A stretch of DNA of 64,000 nt. Source: Mustelus asterias (Eukaryota). The translations under genes were made by a program, and so were the position numbers. The stretch lies in contig NW_027590645.1 of NCBI RefSeq assembly GCF_964213995.1, positions 124,001 to 188,000 on the forward strand, written 5' to 3'. Positions 11,407 to 23,742 of this stretch are shown here, one piece after another. The stretch's first letter is position 1, and every line of letters begins with the position of its first letter. Under the pieces are notes generated by a model. That model searched no databases. It saw nothing but the letters and a program-made list of their open reading frames with translations, and was not told the origin of the DNA.

Positions 11407-12957
11407 CATGGTGCAGGTGTCCTCCTGTCTCTCCAGGTTATTTAATCAGTTGAAACCAGGTCCACACAAAGAACACGAGTACGGTGTCTACCTGATGTAA
11501 ATGTGCTATTTCTTTTCACGCTGTGTGACTGGTTAAAGCTCCGTTCCAGCTGACTGTGGAAAAATAACTGAGATGTCTGTGTCTCGGGGCTTTTCCAGTC
11601 ACACTGATGTTGAATAATTTCCCAAAGACAAAATAGGCAAACGTTTCTCCTTCCACATTCATAGGCCTTTGATATTCAGATCCTGAAGAATCATGTGACA
11701 CTGTCAGATCCTGAGACGTTTGGTTTGAATCGCCAGTCTGCAGATATTCTGGAAAAGGAGTTTACATTGAATTACTTTGAATACACAAGACATAAACAAG
11801 CCATTCAGTTTTACTCTTTATACTTGACACATCTTCTCCTGTCCCATATTCCTCATCTCAGCCTTTCAATTGATTTTTCTATTTATTTTTCTCTCGTGTG
11901 CTTCTCTCATTTCCTTTTGAAACAATCTCAGCACTTGCCTCAACTCATTTCGATGGTGATTCTAAACCTGTGAGTGAAGAAATTTGTCCTTATTGCCTTC
12001 TTGGATTTATTAGTAACTATCTTGTATTTATGACTCTTTGTTTATTGATCGTTCCTTCTTTTAGACTCTGTCACAAGTGGAACATTCTCTCCACATTTCC
12101 CCTGTCCAAGCCACGAATAATTTTAAAGACTTTTATCAGGTCACTGCTCTACAGGAAAAAACTTCAATCCATTTAATCTTTCCTGAAAGCTGTAATCTCT
12201 GTTTACAAAAATCATCACAGTCAATGCAGAATAGAAATCACAGACAGACAAACATTTCTCTTGGGGTTGTGTGAAATTCATCGACTTGTAACCGTGTGTA
12301 AAAGCAGTTTTCAAACATCTATCAGTGTCAGTCCACAATAGAAACGCTGAACAGACAATTTTCTTTCCTCCACTCCCAGTTTTCTCCCTCCCTCTCCTCT
12401 GTCTGGGTTCAGTTCTCCAGCTCCTGTTTGCAGACTGACAATAAAACCAACGGGTCTTATTGGCGTGTTGGGGCCTCCAGCGGGTGTTTGTGAATCCTCC
12501 CCGCCCATCTCCCAGGGTTTCCTTCCTTCCCAGAGATCAGAGTCCTCATTGATTTGAGGCCAAAGTGTAACCTCTTATTTATTGTCCCCATCCTCTGATG
12601 TGAACCATCCTCCAGTGGCTGAGCCAGGATGGGGCCGTTAACCTGGGCCTGTTCCCGGGAGGGAGGGAGGGAGGGAGAAGCCCCGCAGCTGCAAACCAGG
12701 GAGCTGACAATGATTCTGAAAGGTTTGCGGATCCACAAAGTGTTTCCAAATCCCCCCTAATGTCCAGCTGCCAGCTCAGTGCTCCCCGGGCCTGGCCCCA
12801 CAGTAAAGTGGGGGCCTGAGGCCTAGGCCAGAAGTTGGTGCTGTTTCCAGTGCAGCCGTGGTTTCCATTCCCACCCTGTGCTCACAATCTCCTCCCGAAC
12901 CCTCCCCAAAACCATGATTGACACTGAGCATGCTCAGAGCGTGCACCCACACCACCT

Positions 12958-13083
12958 GATGTGGAGATGCCGGTGTTGGACTGGGTGAGTCACCTGATGA
13001 AGGGGCGGAGCTCCGAAAGCTCCTGATTCCAAATAAACCTGTTGGACTTTCACCTGGTGTTGTAACTTCTTACTGTGCTCACC
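12958..13083 (+). mobile_element. Solo Penelope pseudo-LTR fragment with a hammerhead core
   Basis: cacCTGATGAaggggcggagctccGAAAgctc…ccaaataaacctgttggacttt(c/a)acctggtgttg matches the 3' end of the Penelope at 61915-62020; flanked by ccacacc on both sides. Confidence 0.75.
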
Positions 13084-13084
13084 A

Positions 13085-13294
13085 CACCTGCGCAGTCCGT
13101 TCCCAGGCTCCCCAGCGCCTGATCATCTTTGCGCATGCTCCACTCCCAGCCTGGATCCGCCTGTCATTTACTCCGATTGGTTGGAGGACCAGCCGCTCCC
13201 GCTCGGTCCTCCAGCCCCGCCCCTCATTCACTCCGATTGGTTGGAGGACCAGCCGCTCCCATTCGGTCCTCCAGCCGCGCCCCCCTTCCTATTG
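13085..13294. promoter_or_regulatory. Left half of a type-A bidirectional CpG promoter
   Basis: Tandem duplicated ctccgattggttggaggaccagccgctccc (CCAAT box), gcgcatgc NRF1-like site; homologous to 28180-28275. Confidence 0.7.
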
Positions 13295-16200
13295 TACTGG
13301 GGAAGGTGTGACCTCTATGAGAAGGATGGTCTACACCTGAATCGGAAGGGGACCAATATCCTGGGGGGTAAATTTGCTAAGGCCATGCAGGGAGGTTTAA
13401 ACTGATTCGGGGGGGGGGGGGGGAGGGATCCTGAGTAGTGGGGCTGAAAGTGAGGGATGCATGGATGGGGACTGCAATGCACGGCATTGCAGAGGTGAGG
13501 TGGAGCAGGGTTTGAAATGTGTATACTTCAATGCCAGGAGTATTCGCAATAAAGTGGGTGAACTTGCAGCGTGGATCAGTACCTGGGACTTCGATGTTGT
13601 GGCTATTTCAGAGACATGGATAGAGCAGGGGCAGGAATGGATGCTGCAGGTCCCGGGGTTCAAATGTTTTAGTCGAAGTAGGGAAGGAGGTAGAAGAGGG
13701 GGAGGGGTAGCATTATTGGTCAGAGATTGTATCACAGTGTCAGAGAGGAGGTTTGATGAGGACTTATCTGTTGAGGTAGTATGGGCGGAGATTAGAAATA
13801 GGAGAGGAGAGGTCACCCTGTTGGGAGTCTTTTATAGACCTCCTAAAAGTTCTAGAGAGGTTGAGGAAAGGATTGCGGAGTCAATCCTGCTTAGGAGTGA
13901 AAGTAATAGGGCAATTGTTATGGGGGATTTTAACTTTACTAATATTGACTGGAATTGTTATAGCTCTAGCTCGTTAGAGGGGTCAGTTTTTGTTCAAAGC
14001 GTGCAGGAAGGTTTTTTGACTCAGTATGTAGACAGGCCAACTAGAGGTGAGGCTATATTGGATCTGGTGCTGGGAAATGAACCAGACCAGGTGCTAGACT
14101 TGGAAGTTGGTGTGCATTTTGGTGATAGTGACCACAATTCGGTTACGTTCACCTTAGTGATGGAAAGGGATAGGCATGAACCTCGGGCCAGTGGTTTTAG
14201 CTGGGGGAAGGGTAATTATGAGGCTATTAGGAGAGAATTAGGAAACATAGGTTGGACTAGGAGATTACAGGGACTGGGAACGTCCGACATGTGGAGTTTT
14301 TTCAAGGAGCAGCTACTGCGAGTCTGTGATAGGTATGTCCCTGTCAGACAAGGAAGAATTGGTAGGGCTAGGGAACCGTGGTGCACCAAAAAAGTTTCTT
14401 TGTTGGTTAAAAAGAAAAAGGAGGCTTATGTTCGGATGAGACGTGAGCACTCGGGTAGTGCACTAGAAAGCTTTAGATTGGCTAGGAGGGAGTTGAAGAG
14501 CGAGCTTAGAAGGGCTAAAAGGGGACATGAGAAGACTTTGGCGGATAGGGTTAAAGAGAATCCTAAGGCGTTCTATAGGTATGTCAAAAACAGAAGGTTG
14601 GTTAGGGCAAGTTTAGGGCCAGTTATAGATGGCAGAGGGAAGTTATGTGTGGAACCGGAGGAGATTGGTGAAGCATTGAACCAATATTTCTCTTCGGTGT
14701 TCACGCAAGGGGACATGAATATAGCTGAGGAGGACACTGGGTTGCAGGGGAGTAGAATTGACAGTATTACAGTGGATAAGGAGGATGTGCAGGATATTCT
14801 GGAGGGTCTGAAAATAGATAAATCCCCTGGTCCGGATGGGATTTATCCAAGGATTCTCTGGGAGGCAAGAGAAGTGATTGCAGAGCCTCTGGCTCTGATC
14901 TTCAGGTCGTCGTTGGCCTCCGGTATAGTACCAGAAGATTGGAGGTTAGCGAATGTTGTCCCATTGTTTAAGAAGGGGAACAGAGACTTCCCCGGGAATT
15001 ATAGACCGGTGAGTCTCACTTCTGTTGTCGGCAAGATGTTGGAAAAAATTATAAGGGATAGGATTTATAGTTATTTGGAGAGTAATGAATTGATAGGTGA
15101 TAGTCAGCATGGTTTTGTGGCAGGTAGGTCGTGCCTTACAAACCTTATTGAGTTTTTTGAGAAAGTGACCAAGGAGGTGGATGGGGGCAAGGCAGTGGAC
15201 GTGGTATATATGGATTTTAGTAAGGCGTTTGATAAGGTTCACCATGGTAGGCTTCTGCAGAAAATGCAGATGTATGGGATTGGGGGTGATCTAGGATATT
15301 GGATCAGGAATTGGCTAGCGGATAGGAAACAGAGGGTGGTGGTTGATAGTAAATATTCATCATGGAGTGCGGTTACAAGTGGTGTACCTCAGGGATCTGT
15401 TTTGGGGCCACTGCTGTTTGTAATATTTATTAATGACCTGGATGAGGGTATAGTTGGGTGGATTAGCAAATTTGCTGATGACACCAAAGTCGGTGGTGTG
15501 GTAGACAGTGAGGAAGGGTGTCGTAGTTTGCAGGAAGACTTAGACAGGTTGCAATGTTGGGCCGGGAGGTGGCGGATGGAGTTTAATGCGGAGAAGTGTG
15601 AGGTGATTCACTTTGGTAGGAATAACAGATGTGTTGAGTATAGGGCTAACGGGAGGACTTTGAATAGTGTGGAGGAGCAGAGGGATCTAGGTGTATGTGT
15701 ACATAGATCCCTGAAAGTTGGGAATCAAGTAGATAAGGTTGTTAAGAAGGCATATGGTGTCTTGGCGTTTATTGGTAGGGGGATTGAATTTAGGAGTCGT
15801 AGCGTTATGTTGCAACTGTACACAACTCTGGTGCGGCCGCACTTGGAGTATTGTGTGCAGTTCTGGTCCCCACATTACAGGAAGGATGTGGAGGCTTTGG
15901 AGAGGGTGCAGAGGAGGTTTACCAGGATGTTGCCTGGTATGGAGGGGAGATCCTATGAGGAGAGGCTGAGGGACTTGGGATTGTTTTCGCTGGAAAGGCG
16001 GCGGCTAAGAGGGGATCTTATTGAAACATATAAGATGATTAGAGGTTTAGATAGGGTGGATAGTGATAGCCTTTTTCCTCTGATGGAGAAATCCAGCACG
16101 AGGGGGCATGGCTTTAAATTGAGGGGGGGTAGTTATAGGACTGATGTCAGGGGTAGGTTCTTTACCCAGAGAGTGGTGAGGGATTGGAATGCCCTACCAG

Positions 16201-16370
16201 CATCAGTTGTAAATGCGCATAGTTTGGGGGCGTTTAAGAGAGCCGTAGATAGATTCATGGACGAAAAGAAATTGGTTTAGGTTTTTTTTTGTAACTGGTC
16301 GGTGCAACATCGTGGGCCGAAGGGCCTGTTCTGCGCTGTAATGTTCTATGTTCTATGTTCTATGTTCTAT
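13295..16370 (+). mobile_element. 5'-truncated CR1 LINE (ORF1 tail plus intact ORF2), TSD CTATTG
   Basis: ORF1 end DGLHLN…GGLN*; ORF2 with EN and RT; (TATGTTC)n tail; CTATTG at 13289-13294 and 16367-16372. Confidence 0.95.
13461..16280 (+). CDS. CR1 ORF2: AP-like endonuclease plus reverse transcriptase
   Basis: NARS, ISETW, GDFN, SDHN endonuclease motifs; NYRPVSL, DFSKAFD, GVPQGSVLGP, FADD RT motifs; no stops. Confidence 0.92.
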   Translation: MDGDCNARHCRGEVEQGLKCVYFNARSIRNKVGELAAWISTWDFDVVAISETWIEQGQEWMLQVPGFKCFSRSREGGRRGGGVALLVRDCITVSERRFDEDLSVEVVWAEIRNRRGEVTLLGVFYRPPKSSREVEERIAESILLRSESNRAIVMGDFNFTNIDWNCYSSSSLEGSVFVQSVQEGFLTQYVDRPTRGEAILDLVLGNEPDQVLDLEVGVHFGDSDHNSVTFTLVMERDRHEPRASGFSWGKGNYEAIRRELGNIGWTRRLQGLGTSDMWSFFKEQLLRVCDRYVPVRQGRIGRAREPWCTKKVSLLVKKKKEAYVRMRREHSGSALESFRLARRELKSELRRAKRGHEKTLADRVKENPKAFYRYVKNRRLVRASLGPVIDGRGKLCVEPEEIGEALNQYFSSVFTQGDMNIAEEDTGLQGSRIDSITVDKEDVQDILEGLKIDKSPGPDGIYPRILWEAREVIAEPLALIFRSSLASGIVPEDWRLANVVPLFKKGNRDFPGNYRPVSLTSVVGKMLEKIIRDRIYSYLESNELIGDSQHGFVAGRSCLTNLIEFFEKVTKEVDGGKAVDVVYMDFSKAFDKVHHGRLLQKMQMYGIGGDLGYWIRNWLADRKQRVVVDSKYSSWSAVTSGVPQGSVLGPLLFVIFINDLDEGIVGWISKFADDTKVGGVVDSEEGCRSLQEDLDRLQCWAGRWRMEFNAEKCEVIHFGRNNRCVEYRANGRTLNSVEEQRDLGVCVHRSLKVGNQVDKVVKKAYGVLAFIGRGIEFRSRSVMLQLYTTLVRPHLEYCVQFWSPHYRKDVEALERVQRRFTRMLPGMEGRSYEERLRDLGLFSLERRRLRGDLIETYKMIRGLDRVDSDSLFPLMEKSSTRGHGFKLRGGSYRTDVRGRFFTQRVVRDWNALPASVVNAHSLGAFKRAVDRFMDEKKLV

Positions 16371-16660
16371 TGGCCCGGAGCTGCCGTCAATCAGTGCCCG
16401 GGCATTGTGATGTGGAGCATGCGCAGTGTCATTGCTGTCCTTGGCGCTTGTTTGTCCCGGAGAAGCGGAGTCAGCGTTAGGCGGTGGCTGGGAGGCTTTG
16501 GAAACACTTTGTGGATCCGCAGGCGGGAAGGAGCTCGAGACGGTGGGTTTTCAATGGGCATTTTAAATGGCGCGGATCCAGAGCCCGAAAGAAAACCGGA
16601 AACATAAATGGATCCGGGCGGTGAGGCTTCATAAACACCCGGTGTCGGCCAGGTGCCGGA
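16371..16660 (+). promoter_or_regulatory. Right half of the type-A promoter plus first exon of the ZNF pseudogene at 17861
   Basis: ctattgg…gtcaatcagt…gcattgtga…gcatgcgcagtg…ggcgcttgtttgtc matches 28272-28360. Confidence 0.7.
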
Positions 16661-16668
16661 TCTCGGGG

Positions 16669-16973
16669 CCAGGGTGGCACAGTGGGTTTGCACTGCTGCT
16701 TCACAGCGCCAGGGACCCGGGTTCAACTCCCAGCCTGGGTCACTGTCTGTGTGGAGTCTGCACATTCTCCCCGTGTCTGCGTGGGTTTCCTCCGGGTGCT
16801 CCGGTTTCCTCCCACAGTCTGAAAGACGTGCTGGTTAGGGTGCATTGGCCGTGCTAAATTCTCCCTCAGTGTTACCCGAACAGGCGCCGGAGTGTGGCAA
16901 CTAGGGGATTCTCACATCAACTTCATTGTAGTGTTAATGTAAGCCTACTTGCGACACTAATAATTAAACTTTA
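16669..16973 (+). mobile_element. HE1/V-SINE-like tRNA SINE, tail type B
   Basis: tRNA-like A/B-box head, central gggtttcctccgggtgctccggtttcctcccacagtc domain, tail …aacttcattg(c)agtgttaatgtaagcctacttg…aataa. Confidence 0.85.
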
Positions 16974-17860
16974 ATCCCTCAATTTGCAAGGCAAAATCCT
17001 CAGACGTTGGGCAAAACCAAATGGATAACCCAATTCTTGATATTTAATTGAGGTTAATTAGTCAGCAGGAAGAGAACCAGAAAGCAGCATGGGCCCTGAC
17101 ACTGATACCATGTTTAACTTAGTTCGAGAGGGAGGTTTGGAGAAACCCCCTTCACAATTTCTCATCAAATCTCTAAACAGTCAGTTCTGGACACAAAGTT
17201 AACATCTGCTATTCTGACTGATCAGGTCAGGATGATTCAGATTAATGTTTTCTCACGTGTTATGAATGAATTGAATCATCAAAAACACTATCTCTGGTTG
17301 TATGAATTTTTTAAAAGGATACTGAAATGATTATCTGTCAATTTATTTGGATTTCAGTTCAGGGAGGAGGGAGAGTGTGTGGGATGGGGATCTGCAACTT
17401 TAGGGGTTCGAGAGGAAAAAGTTCCAGAGAAACTAGAATAGTCTGTTGAGAATTTCTATTCTGGACTGTCAGTGATTACTTTTATTGATGGTTTTTACAG
17501 CTATTAGAAGTTGAGGATTGCAGACGAGAATCTCAAGTCAAACATCACATCAAGGTCTGACAGAATCACTCGATTCATAGGACCTGGATATCATCGTACT
17601 TGGAAAGTGGAAGGAGAAATGTTTGTTTGTTCTGTCTGTGGGAAAAGATTTCGAACATCAGTGTGACTGGAAAAGCACCGAGACACACACACACCCGAGT
17701 CAGAGTGTTCCAGTGAACTGACTGTGGAAAGAGCTTTAACCAGTTACACAGCCTGAAAAAACACCACCATTCACAGTGAGGAGAAACTGTACATGTGTTG
17801 TGTGTGTGGACGAGGCTTCAACTGATCATCAACCTGGAGAGACATGATGACACCGACACC

Positions 17861-18534
<674 letters not shown>

Positions 18535-18540
18535 GGGCAG

Positions 18541-19360
18541 TGTGGTGATATAAACAGGGCCTAGTTTTAAGGCTGATAAAATTGGATATCCTAAATTAAA
18601 GAATTAGGCACATGGAAATCAAACACAGTCAAACCGCAGGCAGGCCAATTGTACAATACACAAAGGTGTCTGGGCCTGACCCATCAACCACCCATCAAAG
18701 GTCGTTACACTCTACTTGAGACTTAGCAGGAGATCATGGCACCTCATTGAAATGCATCGGTCTATTGTTAGAAGCCCAGATCGGGCCAGACTTTCTGTCA
18801 CCAAGAGATCCTGTAGAAACCTTACCTGATAACAAGTTTAACAACATGGAGATGGACACCTGGGGGGCGGACCCTGGTGTCCTGTCAGACAGACATCAAG
18901 AAACCCACTGGGTATTGGAACCCCCTCCTGGGACCTCATTGGCCAGAAGCCAGAGAAGTTTCTGGAAAGGCAAGCAGGCTGGGGATAAAGGGACACACTC
19001 AGAGGCACAAGGAGCGAAGACTCGACAGGGGAGACAGCCATGACCATTCGGAAGACTGACCAGACAAGGAAGGAAGGAAGAAGCGGCCATCGAGACTCAC
19101 CTTCGTGACAACAGACCAGAGGGACTCAGAGAATCGGACCTGCAGTTTAACCAAGCCATCTTTACGGGTAGTATACTTGAATCTGCTGGGGTATCCTCTT
19201 GTTTTATGTGGGTAATTTAAGGGTTAATAGTGTTATTTAATAAACTTGTTGAATCTTTACTTGTGTTTGTCCTTTGTCCACCTTGCAAATAAGGGCACCG
19301 GGGTAAAACCTTGGAGTAAGTAAACTGGTTGAAAGTATCTGAGAATTAACAGGTACAACA
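18541..19360 (+). mobile_element. Solo LTR (820 bp) with 4-bp TSD GCAG
   Basis: TGTGGT…ACAACA termini; GCAG at 18537-18540 and 19361-19364; AATAAA at ~19239; the ZNF 3' UTR resumes directly after it. Confidence 0.85.
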
Positions 19361-20065
19361 GCAGGGATTGGATTCTGCTGTTATTGCTGCTGTTAATGAC
19401 AACCAGGCCCTTTCATTCTGACAGCTGGAGTTTGTTTATACCCAGTAACTGGGCTGGAGTTTAATATTCTGGATCTAGAGCTGATTGTGCTCCCGGGGCT
19501 GCAGTGTCCCTTTAACAACCTCTGTCTGCGACCTTTCCCCATAATTCAGCAACTCGCATCAGAAATTAATTTACAAACAGGATTCTGAACTTCTTACTTC
19601 AATCCCAAATTGATCTTTGGTACAAACTTTACAATTCAGTGTCTGAGAGGTTCCACTGATTAACATCTCCAATTAAAATGCTGATTAATCTTTGTTGACA
19701 ATTCTTACTGATCTGCACATTACACACACTGACACCTCCATTATCCACCAGAAAGAAGGGGAATGGAAATTGGTGGAGAATCAAGAGTTCCCAAATGTTA
19801 CCCCTCCCGTCTGGTACAGAATTCCCCTCAGCCCGGGAGTGGAGACAAGTTCAATCCAAGTAACGGACTGTAAGAAATTGCTGTCTAATAACTTCATAAA
19901 ATTTTCACAAATTTCTGGATTATAGAAGCAGCTCACTCTCTGTCTTATGAAGAAAGCTTCCATCGCAGCTCTGACAAAGGGTCATCCAGACTCGAAACAT
20001 CGACTCTATTTTCTCCCCACAGATACTGTCAGACCAGCTGAGATTTTCCAGCATTTTCTGTTTTT

Positions 20066-20491
20066 GAAACACAGGACATGCCTGTTATCTCTGCCAAGGA
20101 CAATGTCGCTAGACCCTGAAACAAGAGATTTATAACCCTGATACGATCGGATCTCATGACCCGTACATAAACCCAACAGCCTGTGTGAAGTTTAAAACAG
20201 GCTCTTGAGAGCAAAGAGATTTTGTAGTGATCCATTCTGACTTCAGCTCAACACCTGCACTCTGGCTCACACCAGTAAACCATTCAGAGGAGACCAGTAC
20301 TCACTCTGTCTTCTGTCTGTTTGTCCTCTGGGACTGGTAAACCATTTTCACCTGTCAGTTTGTGGGTTTTTCCTGTTTGTTTAGCTTCTGCATCATATTC
20401 AAACTGTTGCTTCTCAATGAAATACTTCAAATTATTTCTGAGCTCAACACCCTCTTTGGGTAATCTGTGATTTGCGGAGCTAAATCTTACA
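20066..20491 (+). mobile_element. Decayed LTR-like repeat (partial second copy at ~21355-21520)
   Basis: aaacacaggaca…cctgttat…ctgccaaggaca…cctgaaacaaga shared with 21360-21510; 3' half shared with 1-298. Confidence 0.5.
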
Positions 20492-21859
20492 AGTTCGGAG
20501 TGGGATCAGTCTTCGTTAAACATGAATGGGGAAGTTCCTAAGTGAAGCCAGGACTATACAATGGCACTGCCTCATTACAGGGAATGACTGATAGATAATC
20601 TGACAGAGAAAACAGATTGGAGAAGGTGGTGATGGGGATTACGAGTAAATCCTATATAATTGGATTTCTAAACCAGTTCAGAAAGGAGAAATTAAGTTGA
20701 AGAGGGTCCAGTATCAGTTAGAAAATATCCACAAGGTGGATGCAGATGAACAGGGAGCTGGAGAATATTTAAAGTCCGTGCATGAAGTTTTGTTTGAACC
20801 AGATGTATTGACAACATGTCAATAATTTAAAGTTGTGTGAGATGACCTGCACGGTGGGGAGGATGAATCAAAGTTGATCGTTATCACATTTACTGGAAAA
20901 GGTTTTATAGTTATTCTTAATGGCAGCTGAAGGGTTTGTGTTGCTGATTCTGATCATTCAAGTAGGTTTACTATGTTACCCATGGGATATCATCAAAAAA
21001 TGAGGAAAACAAGCTCATAGTTTAGAAATAGTGAGGTTAGTAAGAAATTAGTGAGAATTCAGTAAGATATTCCTTTTCAAAAATAGAAAATGGGAAAATC
21101 TCAATAAGTCTGACAGCATCTGTGGAGAGAGGATATAGCCAACGTTTTGAGGCAGGGAGTCGGTCAGACTCGAAACATTGGCTCTATTCTCTCTCCACAG
21201 ATGCTGTCAGACGTGTTGGAATTTTCCAGCATTTTCTGTTTTTGTTTCAGATTTCAGCATCTGCAGTATTTAATCGCTATGTGATAAAATATTTAGCAAT
21301 GTATTGAATATTATAAGAATATCTCTCTCTTTCTTATCAGGAAAGCTTCCTGGGTCGACAAACACAGGACAGTGTAGGCCTGTTATACCTGCCAAGGACA
21401 TGTCACTAGCACAGAACCTGAAACAAGACAAACTTGATAGGGTTGAGGGGTTCTCAAAACCCACATGTAAACCAACTGTCTGAGTAAAGATTAAACAGGA
21501 TGTCCGAGCAAGTGATGAGCCACAAAATGACTTAATGGACAATGGAAATAGCAGGGATTACCTTGAATATCTGCCCCTGACTGATGGACAATTGAGTGAG
21601 TGACAAAAAACTCTCAGAAATTTGGTTTATACAAGGGCATTTGAGAGGGAAAAATCACAGACAGCAGAGAGCTTCTCAAAGTGATTCATCCATCCACATT
21701 TGTTCCTCTTCATTGGAAGTGTGAGTGAGGTTTGTAGATGTGGCCTAATATACAAAACAATGAATGATGACATTTCAAACTGGAAAGTTCCACTCAACCC
21801 CCTGAACCAACAAATGGAGTGTTTGTTGCCATGGCAGCTGAGTGCATTCTGCGTTTCCA

Positions 21860-22400
21860 TATCTCCATCCTGGATTTTTTGCTGATTATTTTCAAGTTGT
21901 GTTCTGCAGTTACCAACCATCCTGCCAATGGATACAGTTTCTTCCTGTGTAGATTAAAACTCCTCAGAAGTGTCCACACCTCTATTAAATCACTTTTTAA
22001 CCTTCTCAGCTCTAAAGAGAACAATCCCAGCTTCTTCAGTCTCTCCACAGAACTGAAATCCCACATCCCTGATACTATTCTGGGAAATTTTCCCTGCATC
22101 CTCTCGAAGGCCTTGACATCTTTCCCAAAGTGAAATTTAGAACTCAGAATTTAACACTATTTCAGCTGAGGATTAATCCTTGATTTATAAAGATTCACAA
22201 TAACTGCCTTGCTTTTGTAATCCATGTCTCTATTAATAAACCGAGGACTCCATTAGCTTTATATTTAAACAGCTTGATCAACTTGTCCTGTCGCAGTCAA
22301 GCATTTGTATACATCCACTCCCAGGTCACAGTGTTCCTGCATTCTGTTTAAAGTTGTCCCATTTAGCTTATTCTGCCTCTCCACATTCTTCCTTCCAAAA
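21860..22400 (-). mobile_element. Decayed CR1 3' fragment
   Basis: SVERLKKLGLFSLELRRLKSDLIEV in ORF 21794..22099(-). Confidence 0.7.
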
Positions 22401-22712
22401 TTCACCATGGAATATGAATCACTTTGGGATGTTCTGAAAGGTTCTAAATGAACACAAGAAATTTATTTCTCTTTCACAGCTGATTTAAGGTTGTAGATTT
22501 TGCTTCAAAGAGTAAATAGGGATTGATTTCAGAGTTAATTATTTGACTGATCAGGAACAATTTCAGCTGGGAGTCAGTGAATTGAGAGGAAAGATCCCAG
22601 ACAGCGGTTCTTCAAGGTCCACAACAGGCCCAACAGTTCAATCAGATCCACTCTAAGCTCAGGAGAGCTCAACAACTCCACACACTGTCCACAGGGGAGT
22701 TCCCCTGCTGTA

Positions 22713-23026
22713 TAGAATCATAGAATCCCTACAGTGCAGAAGGAGGCCATTCAGCCTATTGAGTCTGCACCGACCACAATCCCACCGAGGCCTTATCCCC
22801 ATAACCCTACCCTGCTAATCCCCTGACACTAGGGTCAATTTACCATGGCCAATCAACCTAACCCGTACATCTATAGACTGTGGGAAGAAACCAAAACACC
22901 CAGTGGAAACCCACGCAGACACAGGGAGAATGTGCAAACTCCACATGGACAGTGACCTGAGGCTGGAATTGGACCCAGGTTCCTGGTGCTGCGAGGCAGC
23001 AGTGCTAACCCACTGTGCCACCGTGC
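22713..23026 (-). mobile_element. HE1-like SINE, tail type A (CR1-like tail)
   Basis: Reverse complement of head + V-domain + …ggcctccttctgcactgtagggattctatga. Confidence 0.85.
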
Positions 23027-23420
23027 AGTGGGACCAACATTCGTGTTTTAACTAACATCACCATGGATTGATCAGTTGAACTGATTGCTGTTTGTGGAAT
23101 CTTACTGTGTACAAACTGACTGCCAGGATCAGTAACAACTTGTATTTATAGAATACGTTTAATGTGATAAAACATCCCAAGGTGCTTCAGAGGAATTTTG
23201 TAACAAAATACTGAGTCACACTGGGTGATATGTGAACAGATGGTCAAAAGCTTGATAGGAGTGGGAGATTTTAATGAGAATCTTTAATCAGGAGGGAGGG
23301 AATGGAGGGGCGGAGAGGTTTAGGGAGGGAATTTCAGAACTTCACACCAGGACACAGACATTAATGATGGAGTAATTAAAATCAGAGATGTTCAAGAGGC
23401 CAGAATGAGAAGATCTGTTC

Positions 23421-23742
23421 GGATGGCACGTTGGCACAGTGGTTAGCACTGTTGCATCACAGCGCCAGGGACCAGGGTTCAATTAGAGCCTCGGGTGACT
23501 GTCTGTGTGGAGTTTTCCCATTCTCCTCATGTCTGTGTGGGTTTCCTCTGGGTGCTCTGGTTTCCTCCCACAGTCCAAAGATGTGTGGGTTATATTGATT
23601 TGCCATGATAAATTAACCTTAGTGTCAGGGGAATTAGCAGGGTAAATATGAGGGGTTACAGGAATAGGGCCTGGGTGGGATTGTGGTCGGCGCAGACTCG
23701 ATGGGCCAAATGGCCTCCTCCTGCACTGTAGAGATTCTATGA
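23421..23742 (+). mobile_element. HE1-like SINE, tail type A
   Basis: ggatggcacgttggcacagtggttagcact…ctgcactgtagagattctatga. Confidence 0.85.

Noticed and set aside
17660-17830. Selenocysteine recoding of the shared in-frame TGA codons
   Set aside because: Only one TGA replaces a Cys and it is not shared by all copies; the others fall at helix positions (one paralog has CGA); the leaders also contain frameshifting indels; no SECIS recognised
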